Positions 1-10,010 of a DNA stretch of 64,000 nt are shown one piece after another; within the stretch, counting starts at the first letter, position 1; each line of letters opens with the position of its first letter. The stretch comes from a virus. The DNA lies in the IMG/VR virus record IMGVR_UViG_3300037475_000211, positions 3,330-67,329 of that record; one strand, written 5' to 3'. The position numbers and the translations under genes were made by a program. Under the pieces are notes generated by a model. That model was not told where the DNA came from and did not search any database. It saw only the letters and a program-made list of their open reading frames with translations.

Positions 1-62
1 TGAAGATGAACCTGGCACGAATGTTGCTAAACGTCCTAAATATAGTGCTGGGCAGAAGTAAT

Positions 63-485
63 ATGAATAAATTATTTAATGTGGGTGATGTTGTTTATGC
101 CGACATTGAAGAACGAGAAAATTTGGATTTATCTAAGTTAACTCCTGATGATATTGAAAGTAATTTTGAGGAGGGCATCATCAAATTTATTGATGAAAGT
201 GGTGTTGGAATACGAACAAATCATAAGAATATAGAAATGTATCCAGCATCAGCTCTTTATAGTCAAGAATTTTTTCTTGAACAAAAAAATCTAGCAGAAG
301 AAAACTATTCTAAATTAGAAAAAGAACTTATGTTAGAAGTTCAAAAAGGCGTTCAAATTTTGAAAGCCGCCAATCTTAAGGCTCAAGAACAGAATCTTTC
401 TTTATCTGAATTAGATAATGCGGCTCGATTACTTAGAGGCTTAATTGATGATATTGGTTGGAGCAGCTCTTCTTTAAGTTGTTAA
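63..485 (+). CDS. Hypothetical protein, C-terminal GW-x-x-S...C family (N-terminal SH3-like region plus helical region)
   Basis: Ends IGWSSSSLSC-stop; likely start is ATG at 63 (MNKLFNVGDVVY). Confidence 0.6.
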   Translation: MNKLFNVGDVVYADIEERENLDLSKLTPDDIESNFEEGIIKFIDESGVGIRTNHKNIEMYPASALYSQEFFLEQKNLAEENYSKLEKELMLEVQKGVQILKAANLKAQEQNLSLSELDNAARLLRGLIDDIGWSSSSLSC

Positions 486-510
486 TTTTAATTAAAAGGA
501 ATATATTATA

Positions 511-756
511 ATGTTTAAATGTCAAGTATTAAATCGCATGTCGCAGCACGGAGATAAGTGTAACAAGATTGTTGTTGCAAAACGCGACAAGACTTATACC
601 AGTTGGTTCCGTAATGAGGATACTGGTAAGTGGGAAGAACATGAAGTGGGTCGAGGTTGGGAAATTGTAAAAGAAGTGAATGCCACAGATGCTGGTCTTG
701 CACTTTGGGAGTCTTGGTCTGAAGCAGACAAGGCTCTATTTGCAAAGGCAGTTTAA
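511..756 (+). CDS. Hypothetical phage protein
   Basis: AAGGA upstream of ATG; stop overlaps next start (TAATG). Confidence 0.6.
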   Translation: MFKCQVLNRMSQHGDKCNKIVVAKRDKTYTSWFRNEDTGKWEEHEVGRGWEIVKEVNATDAGLALWESWSEADKALFAKAV

Positions 757-1446
757 TGGAACGCAAAGCTGCCTCCGAATTAACAGCAGAAGAAATTCTA
801 AAGGGAGTTATAGAGGAGGTTGAAGAAATTAGATCCGAATCAGAGCGTAAGCTTCGAAAGGCTCTAAGTGTTCTTGGGCATCATCACTCAGCTGATATAG
901 CTAATTACTTTTTTGGAGCAAATCCAAAATTGCGAGAGCTGACTAATGAGCTTCTTAAAGAGCTAGGTATTACTAAATAGGAAAATAATGCACTCAGAAG
1001 TTAAATTAATTGATGAGCTTGATGTAGAAATTAAGCAATATCAAAAAGAGATGTCTGATTTACGTCGACGTATTCTAGACTTAGAAACTGAGTGCATTGG
1101 TCTTATCTTACGAAAGAAAAAAGCCGAAGAAGATTTAAGGATCTATCAGTTAAGAAAGGGATTATTTTCTGATGGAACCGCACAGTAAAGGCATTAAACT
1201 TATTAGCATAATATTATTATGCACTATGATTGGTCTTTCATTAGGTTTAATCATTGGTATTCGTTTAGGTTTGACTGCGGTTGAGTCAGGAATTAAAACT
1301 GACATTTATAATCTAAAACTAGAATTAGATAGGGTAGATTCTCCTGCTAATAAATGCACCCCACCTATTCCTTTTGATTTTAATGATTCTGATTTAGAAA
1401 AAGAAAATAATCGTAAACCACAAAAGATGCCACCAATTAGGTTATA

Positions 1447-1680
1447 ATGGAAACTTATAATATTTATATGTTAATGATTTTGAGTGTTTGGTGTTTTGGA
1501 TTAACTGTAGGTAGTTGTGGTCCAAATTATAACTGGAAAATAATGAACTTAGATTCAAAAATAAGTTCACAAAATTACAAAATAACTAATTTAGAATCAA
1601 ATTTATCTTGGGCAGAATATAGATTAAAACAAACACAAAACAAATTAGATGATTTGGAAATTAAATGTAATGCCAGATAA
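1447..1680 (+). CDS. Small membrane-anchored coiled-coil protein
   Basis: Hydrophobic N-terminus, GSCGP, heptad-like stretch, ends LEIKCNAR. Confidence 0.55.
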   Translation: METYNIYMLMILSVWCFGLTVGSCGPNYNWKIMNLDSKISSQNYKITNLESNLSWAEYRLKQTQNKLDDLEIKCNAR

Positions 1681-1828
1681 TCATTCACATATTATAATTT
1701 ATTTATTATTATTTTGGTTATTTACCGGTACTTGTGGACCGGGTCAAGATGTAGATAAACTTAAATCTAAAGTTGATTCCTTAGAATCTAAAGTAAATAG
1801 TTTGGAAATTAAATGTACTTCTCATTAG
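1670..1828 (+). CDS. 52-aa paralog of 1447..1680 (absent from the ORF track)
   Basis: Manual translation MPDNHSHIIIYLLLFWLFTGTCGPGQDVDKLKSKVDSLESKVNSLEIKCTSH shares GxCGP and LEIKC with the upstream gene. Confidence 0.65.
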   Translation: MPDNHSHIIIYLLLFWLFTGTCGPGQDVDKLKSKVDSLESKVNSLEIKCTSH

Positions 1829-2171
1829 AAATAGAGCCTAATGATGTTTTGCTAATGACTCAGCAAGATGTTGCTCAGGCATTATGGGTACTATCTCAAA
1901 AGTTAATGGTAGATTTGGAAATGCCTATTGGTCCTAATATGGGTCCAGTTATTGATAGTTATGGAAATACAGTGGGTCATTGGTTGTTAAAGAAATAAAT
2001 TATGTATTATGTATTAGTTCAGAATGGACTTGTCTTTGAAGGAAGTTTAAATGACTTCAAAAGTAAGTTTTATGATTATCCTTTAACTTGGACTGATGAA
2101 CAAATCATTGCTCATGCCCAAAATTGGGCAGAAGAAAATGGTTGGACGTTTGAATTTAATTTATTAAACTA

Positions 2172-2399
2172 ATGTTATCTAAATTACAATCAGATACTTT
2201 ACTGCTTCTGTCTAAAAGAAAAAGAAAAAATAGATTATATTTAAATTATTATAGTCATTCTTGGTGTGCTTATAAAAATATTAATAGTAAAGTTGGCATT
2301 TGTTTTATTTGTGATAAAGAATTTATTATGTCCACTGAAGATTGGTGTGAGCACGGATTACAACATTTAAAAGAATCAAATTTATTACCTTTTATGTAA
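2172..2399 (+). CDS. C2H2-type zinc-finger small protein with C-terminal tag variant
   Basis: CFIC...HGLQH; ends NLLPFM. Confidence 0.55.
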   Translation: MLSKLQSDTLLLLSKRKRKNRLYLNYYSHSWCAYKNINSKVGICFICDKEFIMSTEDWCEHGLQHLKESNLLPFM

Positions 2400-2717
2400 G
2401 ATAAAACAGGACAATAATTGTTATGAAAATCAAAGATTTTGCTGAAAAACATATAGGTGTCATTGCGTGTCTTTCTGGAATTTTATTTGGCATTTTGTTA
2501 TTACGTAGTTCTACTTTTAAACAAGGTCCAAAAGAATCACATCGTGAAGATGTTGTTAGGGCATCTAATATAGTTAATAGTAAAGAGCTATATTACGTTA
2601 AAGATAAACGTGTTAATATTTGTTATGCAGTTCATGAGTTTGGATGGAATAGTGGATTACTAACATATGTTCCATGTACTCCTGAAGTTGAGTTAGCCCT
2701 CATTAATAGGGAATAAC

Positions 2718-2733
2718 TCCCATCATATAACGG
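2718..2733 (+). promoter_or_regulatory. TCCCATC-N3-TAACGG motif, copy 1
   Basis: tcccatc ata taacgg, 7 nt before the ATG at 2741. Confidence 0.65.
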
Positions 2734-2740
2734 GAGTATT

Positions 2741-3007
2741 ATGTATATAAAGATTCTAGGCTATGCCGCAATGATGTTTTTAATGCTCGGTGGTTTACCA
2801 CAAGCTTATAAAACATTTAAGCAAGGTCATGCTAATGGAGTATCTTCATATTATATTAATTTTTTATTAACTGGCTTTATATTAATGTTAATTTTTGTTT
2901 GTTTAACAAACAAATCAATTCCTTTGATTGTTAATTATATTGTAAATATAATAGCCTTCTTAATTTTAGCATGGTTTAAATCATTTCCTAGAGTAAAGAA
3001 TGTCTAA
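2741..3007 (+). CDS. PQ-loop / SemiSWEET-like 3-TM transporter
   Basis: LPQAYKTFK...ANGVS PQ-loop signature, three hydrophobic segments, 88 aa. Confidence 0.8.
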   Translation: MYIKILGYAAMMFLMLGGLPQAYKTFKQGHANGVSSYYINFLLTGFILMLIFVCLTNKSIPLIVNYIVNIIAFLILAWFKSFPRVKNV

Positions 3008-3792
3008 TGTAGAAATTGCAATAGAAGTAGCAACAGATCTAATTAGGTCAGGGGCATCAGAAGATCTTGTTAGATCAATTTTGTTACAAACTAGTGAGTT
3101 TACATCTGATAAAGTAGACACAATTTTATTGTGGGCAATTAATTTTAATAAAAAAATGAGGTTTATTAAATGACTTTCGAGCAAATAACTGATAATGAAA
3201 AGGTAATAAATCTAACTTCTTTAGATTTAGTGGTCCACGCTCGGCATCAATTGCTTTCTGCCGCCAAAGATCTAATTAAAGGACCACATCCTGGTGATGT
3301 AGAGTTCGGATTATCTTGTTCAGAACGTGCTGAAGCCCTGCAAATAGCTATTGATTTAGAGCAAAATGTCTAGTAGGTTTTTAAAATTAAAAGAAAATCA
3401 TCCAACACTTATTAAGTTAGAACAAATTTTTAGCTTAATGGAAGAGCTTCAAATAAGTTTTGATTTCTCTAATGTTGGTATGAGAGTAACTGATCAAAGT
3501 CAGGAACGATTTACTTTCTTTTATATGGAAGATTTAGAGGATGATCATAGTCCTATGAGTAATCTTCCACCAACTTTTGAATATAAAGTTCTTGCAGATA
3601 ATCCTAAATTTCTAGAAGAACAAGAATTGGCTACAAAGCAACGTCTTGAACAAGCTCTTAAGAAAAGAGAAGAGGCTGCCTTAAAAGAAGCTGAAGCAAA
3701 AAAGCAAGAGAAAATTCTTCATCTGGCAGAAAGAAAAGCCGCAGCTGTCTCGCTAGAAAAGCAGATTAAAGACTTAGAAAAGGAGTTAGGAA

Positions 3793-4014
3793 ATGAGTAG
3801 CAATAAATCAAATTTGTTTGATCTTTCTAAAGAAGAAATTTCTGAAACGTTATCAGATATTTCTGAAGAAGAAATAACGGAAGTACTAGAATCAATGGTA
3901 GAAAAAGGTTATCTTCGTGCCTTTATTAAAGACGGTGAACGTGTTTATGAAATAACTGAAGAAGGAAAATTAGCCAGAGATCACTCTGATTCCGATCCAA
4001 AACTTAGAAACTAA
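3793..4014 (+). CDS. Small winged-helix (PadR-like wing) protein
   Basis: LESMVEKGYL...VYEITEEGK. Confidence 0.55.
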   Translation: MSSNKSNLFDLSKEEISETLSDISEEEITEVLESMVEKGYLRAFIKDGERVYEITEEGKLARDHSDSDPKLRN

Positions 4015-4019
4015 AACTT

Positions 4020-4450
4020 AATTCAAATTCATTAATCTAAGAAAGAATTCGCTTAGAATAATGGGGTAGTTGCGCGACTACTTTTAGTATTATGAAGGGA
4101 GAGCCTTTAAGGCTTGAAGTTAAAATATTAGATTTGAACGGGTCTCAATAACCGAATAATTGAGGGCGCAGGCGGTCTGCCTTATACTAGCTCCAGTTTA
4201 TGTTAGTTGTTAATCTGGTAATTAAAATAACTTCCTTAGCTCTGTCTCTATGAGCGAATATAATCTAAGAGGGCTTTCCACTATGATTAAGCCATAAAAT
4301 AAAATCATAGAGGCACTGTCTCGCCATATCGACAGCAACATAATTACCTGCTTATCTGTTGTTAAATAGGTAATCCTCACCCTATAATTAATTTGCAAAT
4401 ATGTTAATGGGTCTGGGTTATAAGCAGGAACAATTTTATTCCCACTATAT
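4020..4450 (+). ncRNA. Candidate large structured ncRNA (~430 nt, family unknown; strand inferred from context)
   Basis: No ORF of 60 aa or more; many inverted repeats (tctaag/cttaga, ggggtagtt/gactacttt, gagcct/aggctt, ctcaat/attgag, ctatgatt/aatcatag, ctgtc/gacag, cctgcttat/ataagcagg). Confidence 0.5.
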
Positions 4451-4460
4451 GTGAGGCTTT

Positions 4461-5337
4461 TTGTATTTTAAAAGTAATAGTGATTATATTTCTCAAGGAG
4501 AATTAAGTATGCTGCGATTGCTTGCGGCAATAAAAACTCCTTCTTTATCATTCAAAGATGGATGGGGAGAAATAAAATCAATTCCTGATAAAGGTTTTGT
4601 TTTAAATTGTTTCATTTGTAATGATAGTTTGGAATCAAACTATGATGTTAATATGATTGTTATTCATGGTAAGTTACATTTAAATAATTTAATGAATAAA
4701 TTTTCTATAGAAGAAATTCTCAAATTAGAGTCTATGGCAAACTCTAACTGTTGGTGGAAAATAATTGACCATCAAATTGTTTGCAATATTTGTAATGTAA
4801 ACATTGGTGATGTACTTTTATCAACTGATATTTTTGATAAAGTTATTCTTCATGGAAGAAGACATATTGCTTTAATTTCCTTCTCATGACAGATTTAAAT
4901 AAAGATGAAATTGAAGTTGCATGTCAGCTTTCTTTAAGAAATAAAAATTTATCTCCAGAAGATCGTGCCGAAGTAATACAAGGGTTTTGTGGAAAATGGA
5001 TAAATTCCGGTATCTTTTGTTTTATTTGTAATGATAAATTAAAACAAGATGAGCCTTTTTCTAATCATATTAGGTCTCACATAAAAAAATTCATGGTTTA
5101 TATTTGAAGCCTTTATCTGAAAATCAAATTTCATGTTTATTACTTTTAGCTAAAAGGTCAGGTAGTACTGAAGACCGCTGGATGTCATCTTATGATGAGT
5201 TTAAATTCAAATGTAATATTTGTAATAAAATTTTAAGTAATGATTTTATTTATGATTTTGAATATGAAGGTAATATAATGCCAGATGTTATTCTTCATGG
5301 AAGTGAACATTTAATTAGTTTAAATATTTTTATATGA
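4461..5337 (+). other. Three tandem C2H2 zinc-finger small-protein genes (4461..4889, 4886..5107, 5104..5337)
   Basis: C[FN]IC...H(G)xxH repeats (two in the first ORF); ends ALISFS, KFMVYI, SLNIFI. Confidence 0.6.
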
Positions 5338-5669
5338 AATACTTAGAATTAGCTTGTCGAATTGCCGCGGGCGCTAGCTGGCAAGAAAAACATTTTCTTT
5401 TAGCAGCCGTTGCCATCCGTCAAGATGGTGCTATAGTAACCGCAACTAATTTAAGAACTCAAGATCGCGAACATTCGGCGCATGCTGAGCATCGCACACT
5501 TCGCAAGGCAGGGGCAGGAGCTATTCTTTATGTTGCTCGTATTGATCGATATGGTCAATGGGCAATGGCAAAGCCTTGTATTAAGTGTCAAGCGCTTATA
5601 AAGAACAAAAGAGTTAAGCGTGTTTTCTATACTGTTTCACCTGGAATTTATTCAGTGTGGGATGTTTAA
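5334..5669 (+). CDS. Zn-dependent deaminase (cytidine/dCMP deaminase superfamily)
   Basis: HAE and PCxxC motifs (AHAEH...KPCIKC). Confidence 0.85.
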   Translation: MKYLELACRIAAGASWQEKHFLLAAVAIRQDGAIVTATNLRTQDREHSAHAEHRTLRKAGAGAILYVARIDRYGQWAMAKPCIKCQALIKNKRVKRVFYTVSPGIYSVWDV

Positions 5670-5686
5670 TTTGAAAGAAATTTATT

Positions 5687-5971
5687 ATGACTGAACAATC
5701 AGATTTAGAAAAAGAATTTAAAGAGTCTGCCGAAAAATATTCAAGATTAATTGCTGCTAAAGTAGCACAAGCATGTCAATTGCTTTCTGAAGCTTGTGCT
5801 ATTTCAGAAGAGCATGGCATTCCTTTTGATTCCAATATATCTTTCCTTAGTCAAGGATATGTTCCAGATTCCTTTGCAACTAAATTCAAAGGATTAGATC
5901 GAGAAATAATGTATGAAGTTACTGGAGTGTATAACGAATATGAAGGTTGGCAGCATAGCCAAGTGTGTTAA
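5687..5971 (+). CDS. GW-x-x-S...C tail family protein
   Basis: Ends EGWQHSQVC; close paralog of 6659..6973 (GIPF, GYVP). Confidence 0.7.
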   Translation: MTEQSDLEKEFKESAEKYSRLIAAKVAQACQLLSEACAISEEHGIPFDSNISFLSQGYVPDSFATKFKGLDREIMYEVTGVYNEYEGWQHSQVC

Positions 5972-6630
5972 TTAGAGTTATGTCTAATTCCAGTTACTCC
6001 TTCTAATAAATTTTGTTTAGAACTTAATGGTCTTAAGTTGTTAAGTGACCAGCATAGTTTAAAGTTATCATCCTCCATAGATGTATATGGTAATGTTGAC
6101 TGTGGTATAATATGATCTATGCTCCAAGTCCAAGTTGACTGGTCATTATCATTCCATGTTTCTCTTTTATAGGGACCATGATTTTCCCAAGTCATCCAAG
6201 TTTCAAACTTAGACTTCAAGTAAAGTTTAAATTCATCCATAGTATATGGTACAAATTTCAAAAAACTCATTTGTTTACAGCTACCATTTGATTTAAGTGC
6301 TCTTGTTACTTTAGATGATAAATATTTTCGTAATTTCCAGGCAGGATTATTTTTTCTTTTATTACGCTCTCTAATATTAGTCGAAGATTTGGTTCTTTGT
6401 TTAGATAATCTATTTTGCTCTCTTCGCTTTGCAGTAATATTTCTTTCTCTAAATAATTCTTTATTATTTTCTCTGTATAGTTTCCTTTGTTTTTTAATTG
6501 TTTCGATATTATCTTCATGATATTTTTTAGAACAAAGAATACATGTTGCTCGTCTAGCTAATTTTTTAGAGTTTATAAAATAAAAATCTTCATCAGTTTT
6601 TAAAACTTGACATTTATTACAGGTTTTCAT
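5968..6630 (-). mobile_element. Free-standing HNH homing endonuclease
   Basis: N-terminal CxxC...CxxC, WMTWENHG, IDHIIP...NLRPL..KQN; antisense between two paralogs. Confidence 0.85.
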
Positions 6631-6636
6631 ATAAAA

Positions 6637-6644
6637 TATATATC
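6637..6644 (-). promoter_or_regulatory. GATATATA motif (putative late promoter) upstream of the HNH gene
   Basis: + strand tatatatc; the same motif precedes three other endonuclease genes. Confidence 0.45.
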
Positions 6645-6658
6645 GTAAGGAAAATAAA

Positions 6659-6973
6659 ATGACTAATTCAAATGAAGAATCTAAATCAGATCTTGAAATA
6701 GAATTTCAAGCAGCGTATGATAAAGCATTACCTTTAATTAATCTTCATATAAAGGAAGCTAAAGAAGCGATTGCAAAAGCAATTGAAATTGCAAACCAAT
6801 ATGGTATACCATTTAGTGCGGCAGTTTCTCCATTAAGAAATGGATATGTTCCGCGTTCTTTTGAAAGTAAATTTTCTGAACTTGATTCAGAAATAGTAAG
6901 TGAAATTTCTGGAGTATATGATCCAAATGGTGATGCTTTATATGAAGGATGGATTCATAGCGCAGTATGTTGA
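6659..6973 (+). CDS. GW-x-x-S...C tail family protein
   Basis: Ends EGWIHSAVC. Confidence 0.7.
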   Translation: MTNSNEESKSDLEIEFQAAYDKALPLINLHIKEAKEAIAKAIEIANQYGIPFSAAVSPLRNGYVPRSFESKFSELDSEIVSEISGVYDPNGDALYEGWIHSAVC

Positions 6974-7003
6974 TAAGTATATGTAATCATCAGGTAATTT
7001 AAT

Positions 7004-7243
7004 ATGTCAAATTTAGATAAAGAATTCGATTCAGTTGTATCTGAAGTACAAGATAAGTTAGAACAAGCTCAAAAATTGCTTGCTGAAGCCTTAGCCTTAA
7101 GTAAGAATAATAGTCTTACTTTAGATAAAAATCAAGTTAATACATTATTAGATGCAGTATATGATTTACCAACCAATCAAAATTGGTCTGAGTCAGATGA
7201 TACTACTGGCATTTGGAGCTCTTCATTAAATTATAATTGTTAA
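7004..7243 (+). CDS. W-S-S-S...C tail family protein
   Basis: LDKEF helix; ends GIWSSSLNYNC. Confidence 0.65.
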   Translation: MSNLDKEFDSVVSEVQDKLEQAQKLLAEALALSKNNSLTLDKNQVNTLLDAVYDLPTNQNWSESDDTTGIWSSSLNYNC

Positions 7244-7254
7244 AGGAAATTAAT

Positions 7255-7629
7255 ATGAATGATTATGCAATGGGGGCAATGCCTCCACAACAACATAAAT
7301 GGATGTTAGGTCGTTCTGTTGAAGAAATTAGAGCGATAACATTAACCTCAGAAGAATCTGGCAAATCAATTGATGAAGTAATATCTTCTGGTTCTTGGAA
7401 ACATAAATTTAATGAGCTTGAAATAGAGTATAATAATACTATTAATAGGATTAAATTAAAGATTTCTGAATCTGCTCTTCTCTTAAAAGAAGCTCAAGAT
7501 TTAGCTGCGAGTATAAATCAAGAAGGATTATATAATCTTTTTGATGAAGAGAATGAAAACGATATTATTCAACCTATATTTAATGAATTAGAAAACATTG
7601 GTTGGGCAACATCATCCTTGAGTTGTTAA
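7255..7629 (+). CDS. GW-x-x-S...C tail family protein
   Basis: Ends IGWATSSLSC; ATG at 7255 follows AAGGA. Confidence 0.65.
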   Translation: MNDYAMGAMPPQQHKWMLGRSVEEIRAITLTSEESGKSIDEVISSGSWKHKFNELEIEYNNTINRIKLKISESALLLKEAQDLAASINQEGLYNLFDEENENDIIQPIFNELENIGWATSSLSC

Positions 7630-7630
7630 T

Positions 7631-7894
7631 ATGAAAAAAAAGAAACTTTTACCAATAGAAAAAGAATTTATTCTTTTAACTAAGAATATTAATAAGAAAT
7701 TAGAGATTGCTAGGCTTGCCTTACTTGAAGCAAATGCTTTGGCTCAATCCAAAGGTCATATATTAGTTGACTTTGAATATTCATTTGATAATGAGAGATG
7801 GGGTTTGCCTCCTGATTTTGAGCTTCCAGAAATTAAAGTTGATGGCATCAAAGAAGCTTTTAATAAAGTGGGGTGGAGTTCTTCTCACTGTTAG
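7631..7894 (+). CDS. GW-x-x-S...C tail family protein
   Basis: IEKEF...EANALA helix; ends VGWSSSHC. Confidence 0.65.
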   Translation: MKKKKLLPIEKEFILLTKNINKKLEIARLALLEANALAQSKGHILVDFEYSFDNERWGLPPDFELPEIKVDGIKEAFNKVGWSSSHC

Positions 7895-7904
7895 GATTTG
7901 ATTT

Positions 7905-8813
7905 ATGATTTTAATTGGTAGTCGTGCCTTAAAATTAAGGACTCCTTTTTTTAAAAGGGAGTGTAAAGATTTTGACTGGATTTGTACTCAAGAAGAATTA
8001 AACCTTTGGCTTGAGAAAAATCTATCTAAAATTGGTGAGCATAAGGCTTATTATTTAGAAGGCAAAGATAATAAATATATTATTGAAGGTGAATCTATTT
8101 GTGAATTCGAAATAGTAAAGCCTAATACTTCTACAGAGTTATTTTATAATTTAGTAAAGTCAGATCCTGATTCTATTGAATCTTCTTTTGGTTTAATTCC
8201 AAGTTTAGATTTATTATTTACTCTTAAATCATCTCACAAATATCTTAAGAATAGTCCCCATTTTTGGAAGAATTTAAAAGACTATCATTTAATGAAAAAT
8301 TTAGGAGCTAAAGTTCGTCCTGAATATAAAGATTTTCTTAAGATGCGAGAAAAAGAAACTTATACTTATCTTCATCCTAAGCTCAATCAAAATAAAAAAG
8401 ACTTCTTTGCTGACGATGGATTGACATATACTTATGATCATGATGATATTCATAAAGCAGTAGCTTTATATGATCGTCCTGCCTATACTTATTACATGAA
8501 AGATGGAGAACAAGTCTTTTCAGATAAGGAAAAGTTCTTTGCTTGCCCAAGAGAAATTCAGTTAGCAGGGGTTCTTGAGGAAAGTTCAGTGCTTGCAATT
8601 GAAAGATCTTTAGTTCCGCATCCTGGTGTAATGACGCCAGAACAAGCTTGGCACTTTGCTTATGGAAAAGTTTGCAGTTCTATAACTTCCGGATGGTTTA
8701 GAGAATTTGGTTATGATAATGCTCCAGAACTTCTTAAATTATATCCAAAAGATTATTATGATAAGTTTCAAAAAGCATTAGCTGATGGAATGGTTAAGCC
8801 CCATAAAGGATAA
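7905..8813 (+). CDS. Putative Pol-beta-superfamily nucleotidyltransferase-like phage protein
   Basis: N-terminal ILIGSRAL...KDFD fits hG[GS]...DxD; C-terminal HDDIH. Confidence 0.6.
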   Translation: MILIGSRALKLRTPFFKRECKDFDWICTQEELNLWLEKNLSKIGEHKAYYLEGKDNKYIIEGESICEFEIVKPNTSTELFYNLVKSDPDSIESSFGLIPSLDLLFTLKSSHKYLKNSPHFWKNLKDYHLMKNLGAKVRPEYKDFLKMREKETYTYLHPKLNQNKKDFFADDGLTYTYDHDDIHKAVALYDRPAYTYYMKDGEQVFSDKEKFFACPREIQLAGVLEESSVLAIERSLVPHPGVMTPEQAWHFAYGKVCSSITSGWFREFGYDNAPELLKLYPKDYYDKFQKALADGMVKPHKG

Positions 8814-8816
8814 AAT

Positions 8817-9521
8817 ATGTTTCCGATTATAATTACAGCAATAATTATTGCAATGTTTATTGCCAATGTTTTCTTTGTAGAATATGAAAGCTATGGCTGG
8901 ACTACACTATCAATGATAGTAACTGGTGTTGCAATTTATTGGTTTAAATTATGGGGACTCCCTCAATGGATTGTAAATCATGGACTATTATGTTTAGCCT
9001 TTGATGGAGCTTATATTGTAATAGGAATAATTTGGTCTTTCATTAAATGGTTTTCATATCTAATTTCTTATCGAGATCATTTTTTAGATATTAAAAATGA
9101 TTATGTTAATTCAAGGAATGATTTAATTGAAAGTCAATGGAAATGGATTCAAGATAATTATATTCTCAATGATGAAGGCAATTTAATTACAAAAGATATT
9201 TTGCCATTCATTCATCCTTATGGAATGAAAACAAATAATGTAATTGAAAAGTATCTTTCACAAGTAAAAGATGGCAATAAATTATATCATAATTTTTCTG
9301 ATGATAAAAGAAAATATTGTAAATTTTACAAACCATTAGCTTATGATAATAAAAGTAAAATCGTAGCGTGGATTTGTTATTGGCCATTCAGTTTAATTGG
9401 TACATTGATTAATGATCCTCTTCGTCGATTGGTAAACTTTTGCTTTGCAAAGCTTAAAGCAACTTATCAAAAAATGTCTGATAGTGTCTTTAAAGAGTTT
9501 CCAGATAAAAATGAGTACTAA
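8817..9521 (+). CDS. Membrane protein, hypothetical
   Basis: Three N-terminal hydrophobic segments; WICYWPFS. Confidence 0.55.
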   Translation: MFPIIITAIIIAMFIANVFFVEYESYGWTTLSMIVTGVAIYWFKLWGLPQWIVNHGLLCLAFDGAYIVIGIIWSFIKWFSYLISYRDHFLDIKNDYVNSRNDLIESQWKWIQDNYILNDEGNLITKDILPFIHPYGMKTNNVIEKYLSQVKDGNKLYHNFSDDKRKYCKFYKPLAYDNKSKIVAWICYWPFSLIGTLINDPLRRLVNFCFAKLKATYQKMSDSVFKEFPDKNEY

Positions 9522-9735
9522 TTATTTGTTTGATTATAAAACAAAAACTGGAGTATATGTTGATACCCTTAACAAATCTAAATGGCATTATTTTAATGGA
9601 GTTCTTCATAGATTAGATGGACCAGCAATAGAATATGAGTCTGGTGTTTGTTATTGGGTTTATAATGGTAAACATATAGCATGTGAATCTCAAGAAGAAT
9701 TTGAGAGAATAGTTAAACTATTGGTATTTATATGA
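9511..9735 (+). CDS. HRxDGPA-repeat small protein with C-terminal tag
   Basis: LHRLDGPAIE...SQEEF; ends KLLVFI. Confidence 0.65.
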   Translation: MSTNYLFDYKTKTGVYVDTLNKSKWHYFNGVLHRLDGPAIEYESGVCYWVYNGKHIACESQEEFERIVKLLVFI

Positions 9736-10010
9736 CATTTGAAAAAATAATAATAGAAATTAGAAGAATTCACTATATTGCTACTAACAAAGATAGTGAT
9801 GTGCATATTGTTTATAAGGGAACTTCTCATGGTATAACCAAGCCTTGGAACATTAAAGTAGATAATAAAGAATCAGATGGAACAACTGAATTAGAGGCTG
9901 CATTAAATCTTTTTAATCTTGTTAAGAATGATCTATCTGATAGAATTAAGTTTATGGAAAATCAAGCAGCATCTTGGAAAGAAGCTTTAAACGGATCTAG
10001 AGCAAATTAA

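Noticed and set aside
4020-4450. tmRNA, RNase P RNA or group I intron
   Set aside because: No T-arm/CCA end, no GAGGAAAGUCC signature, and no interrupted host gene is evident
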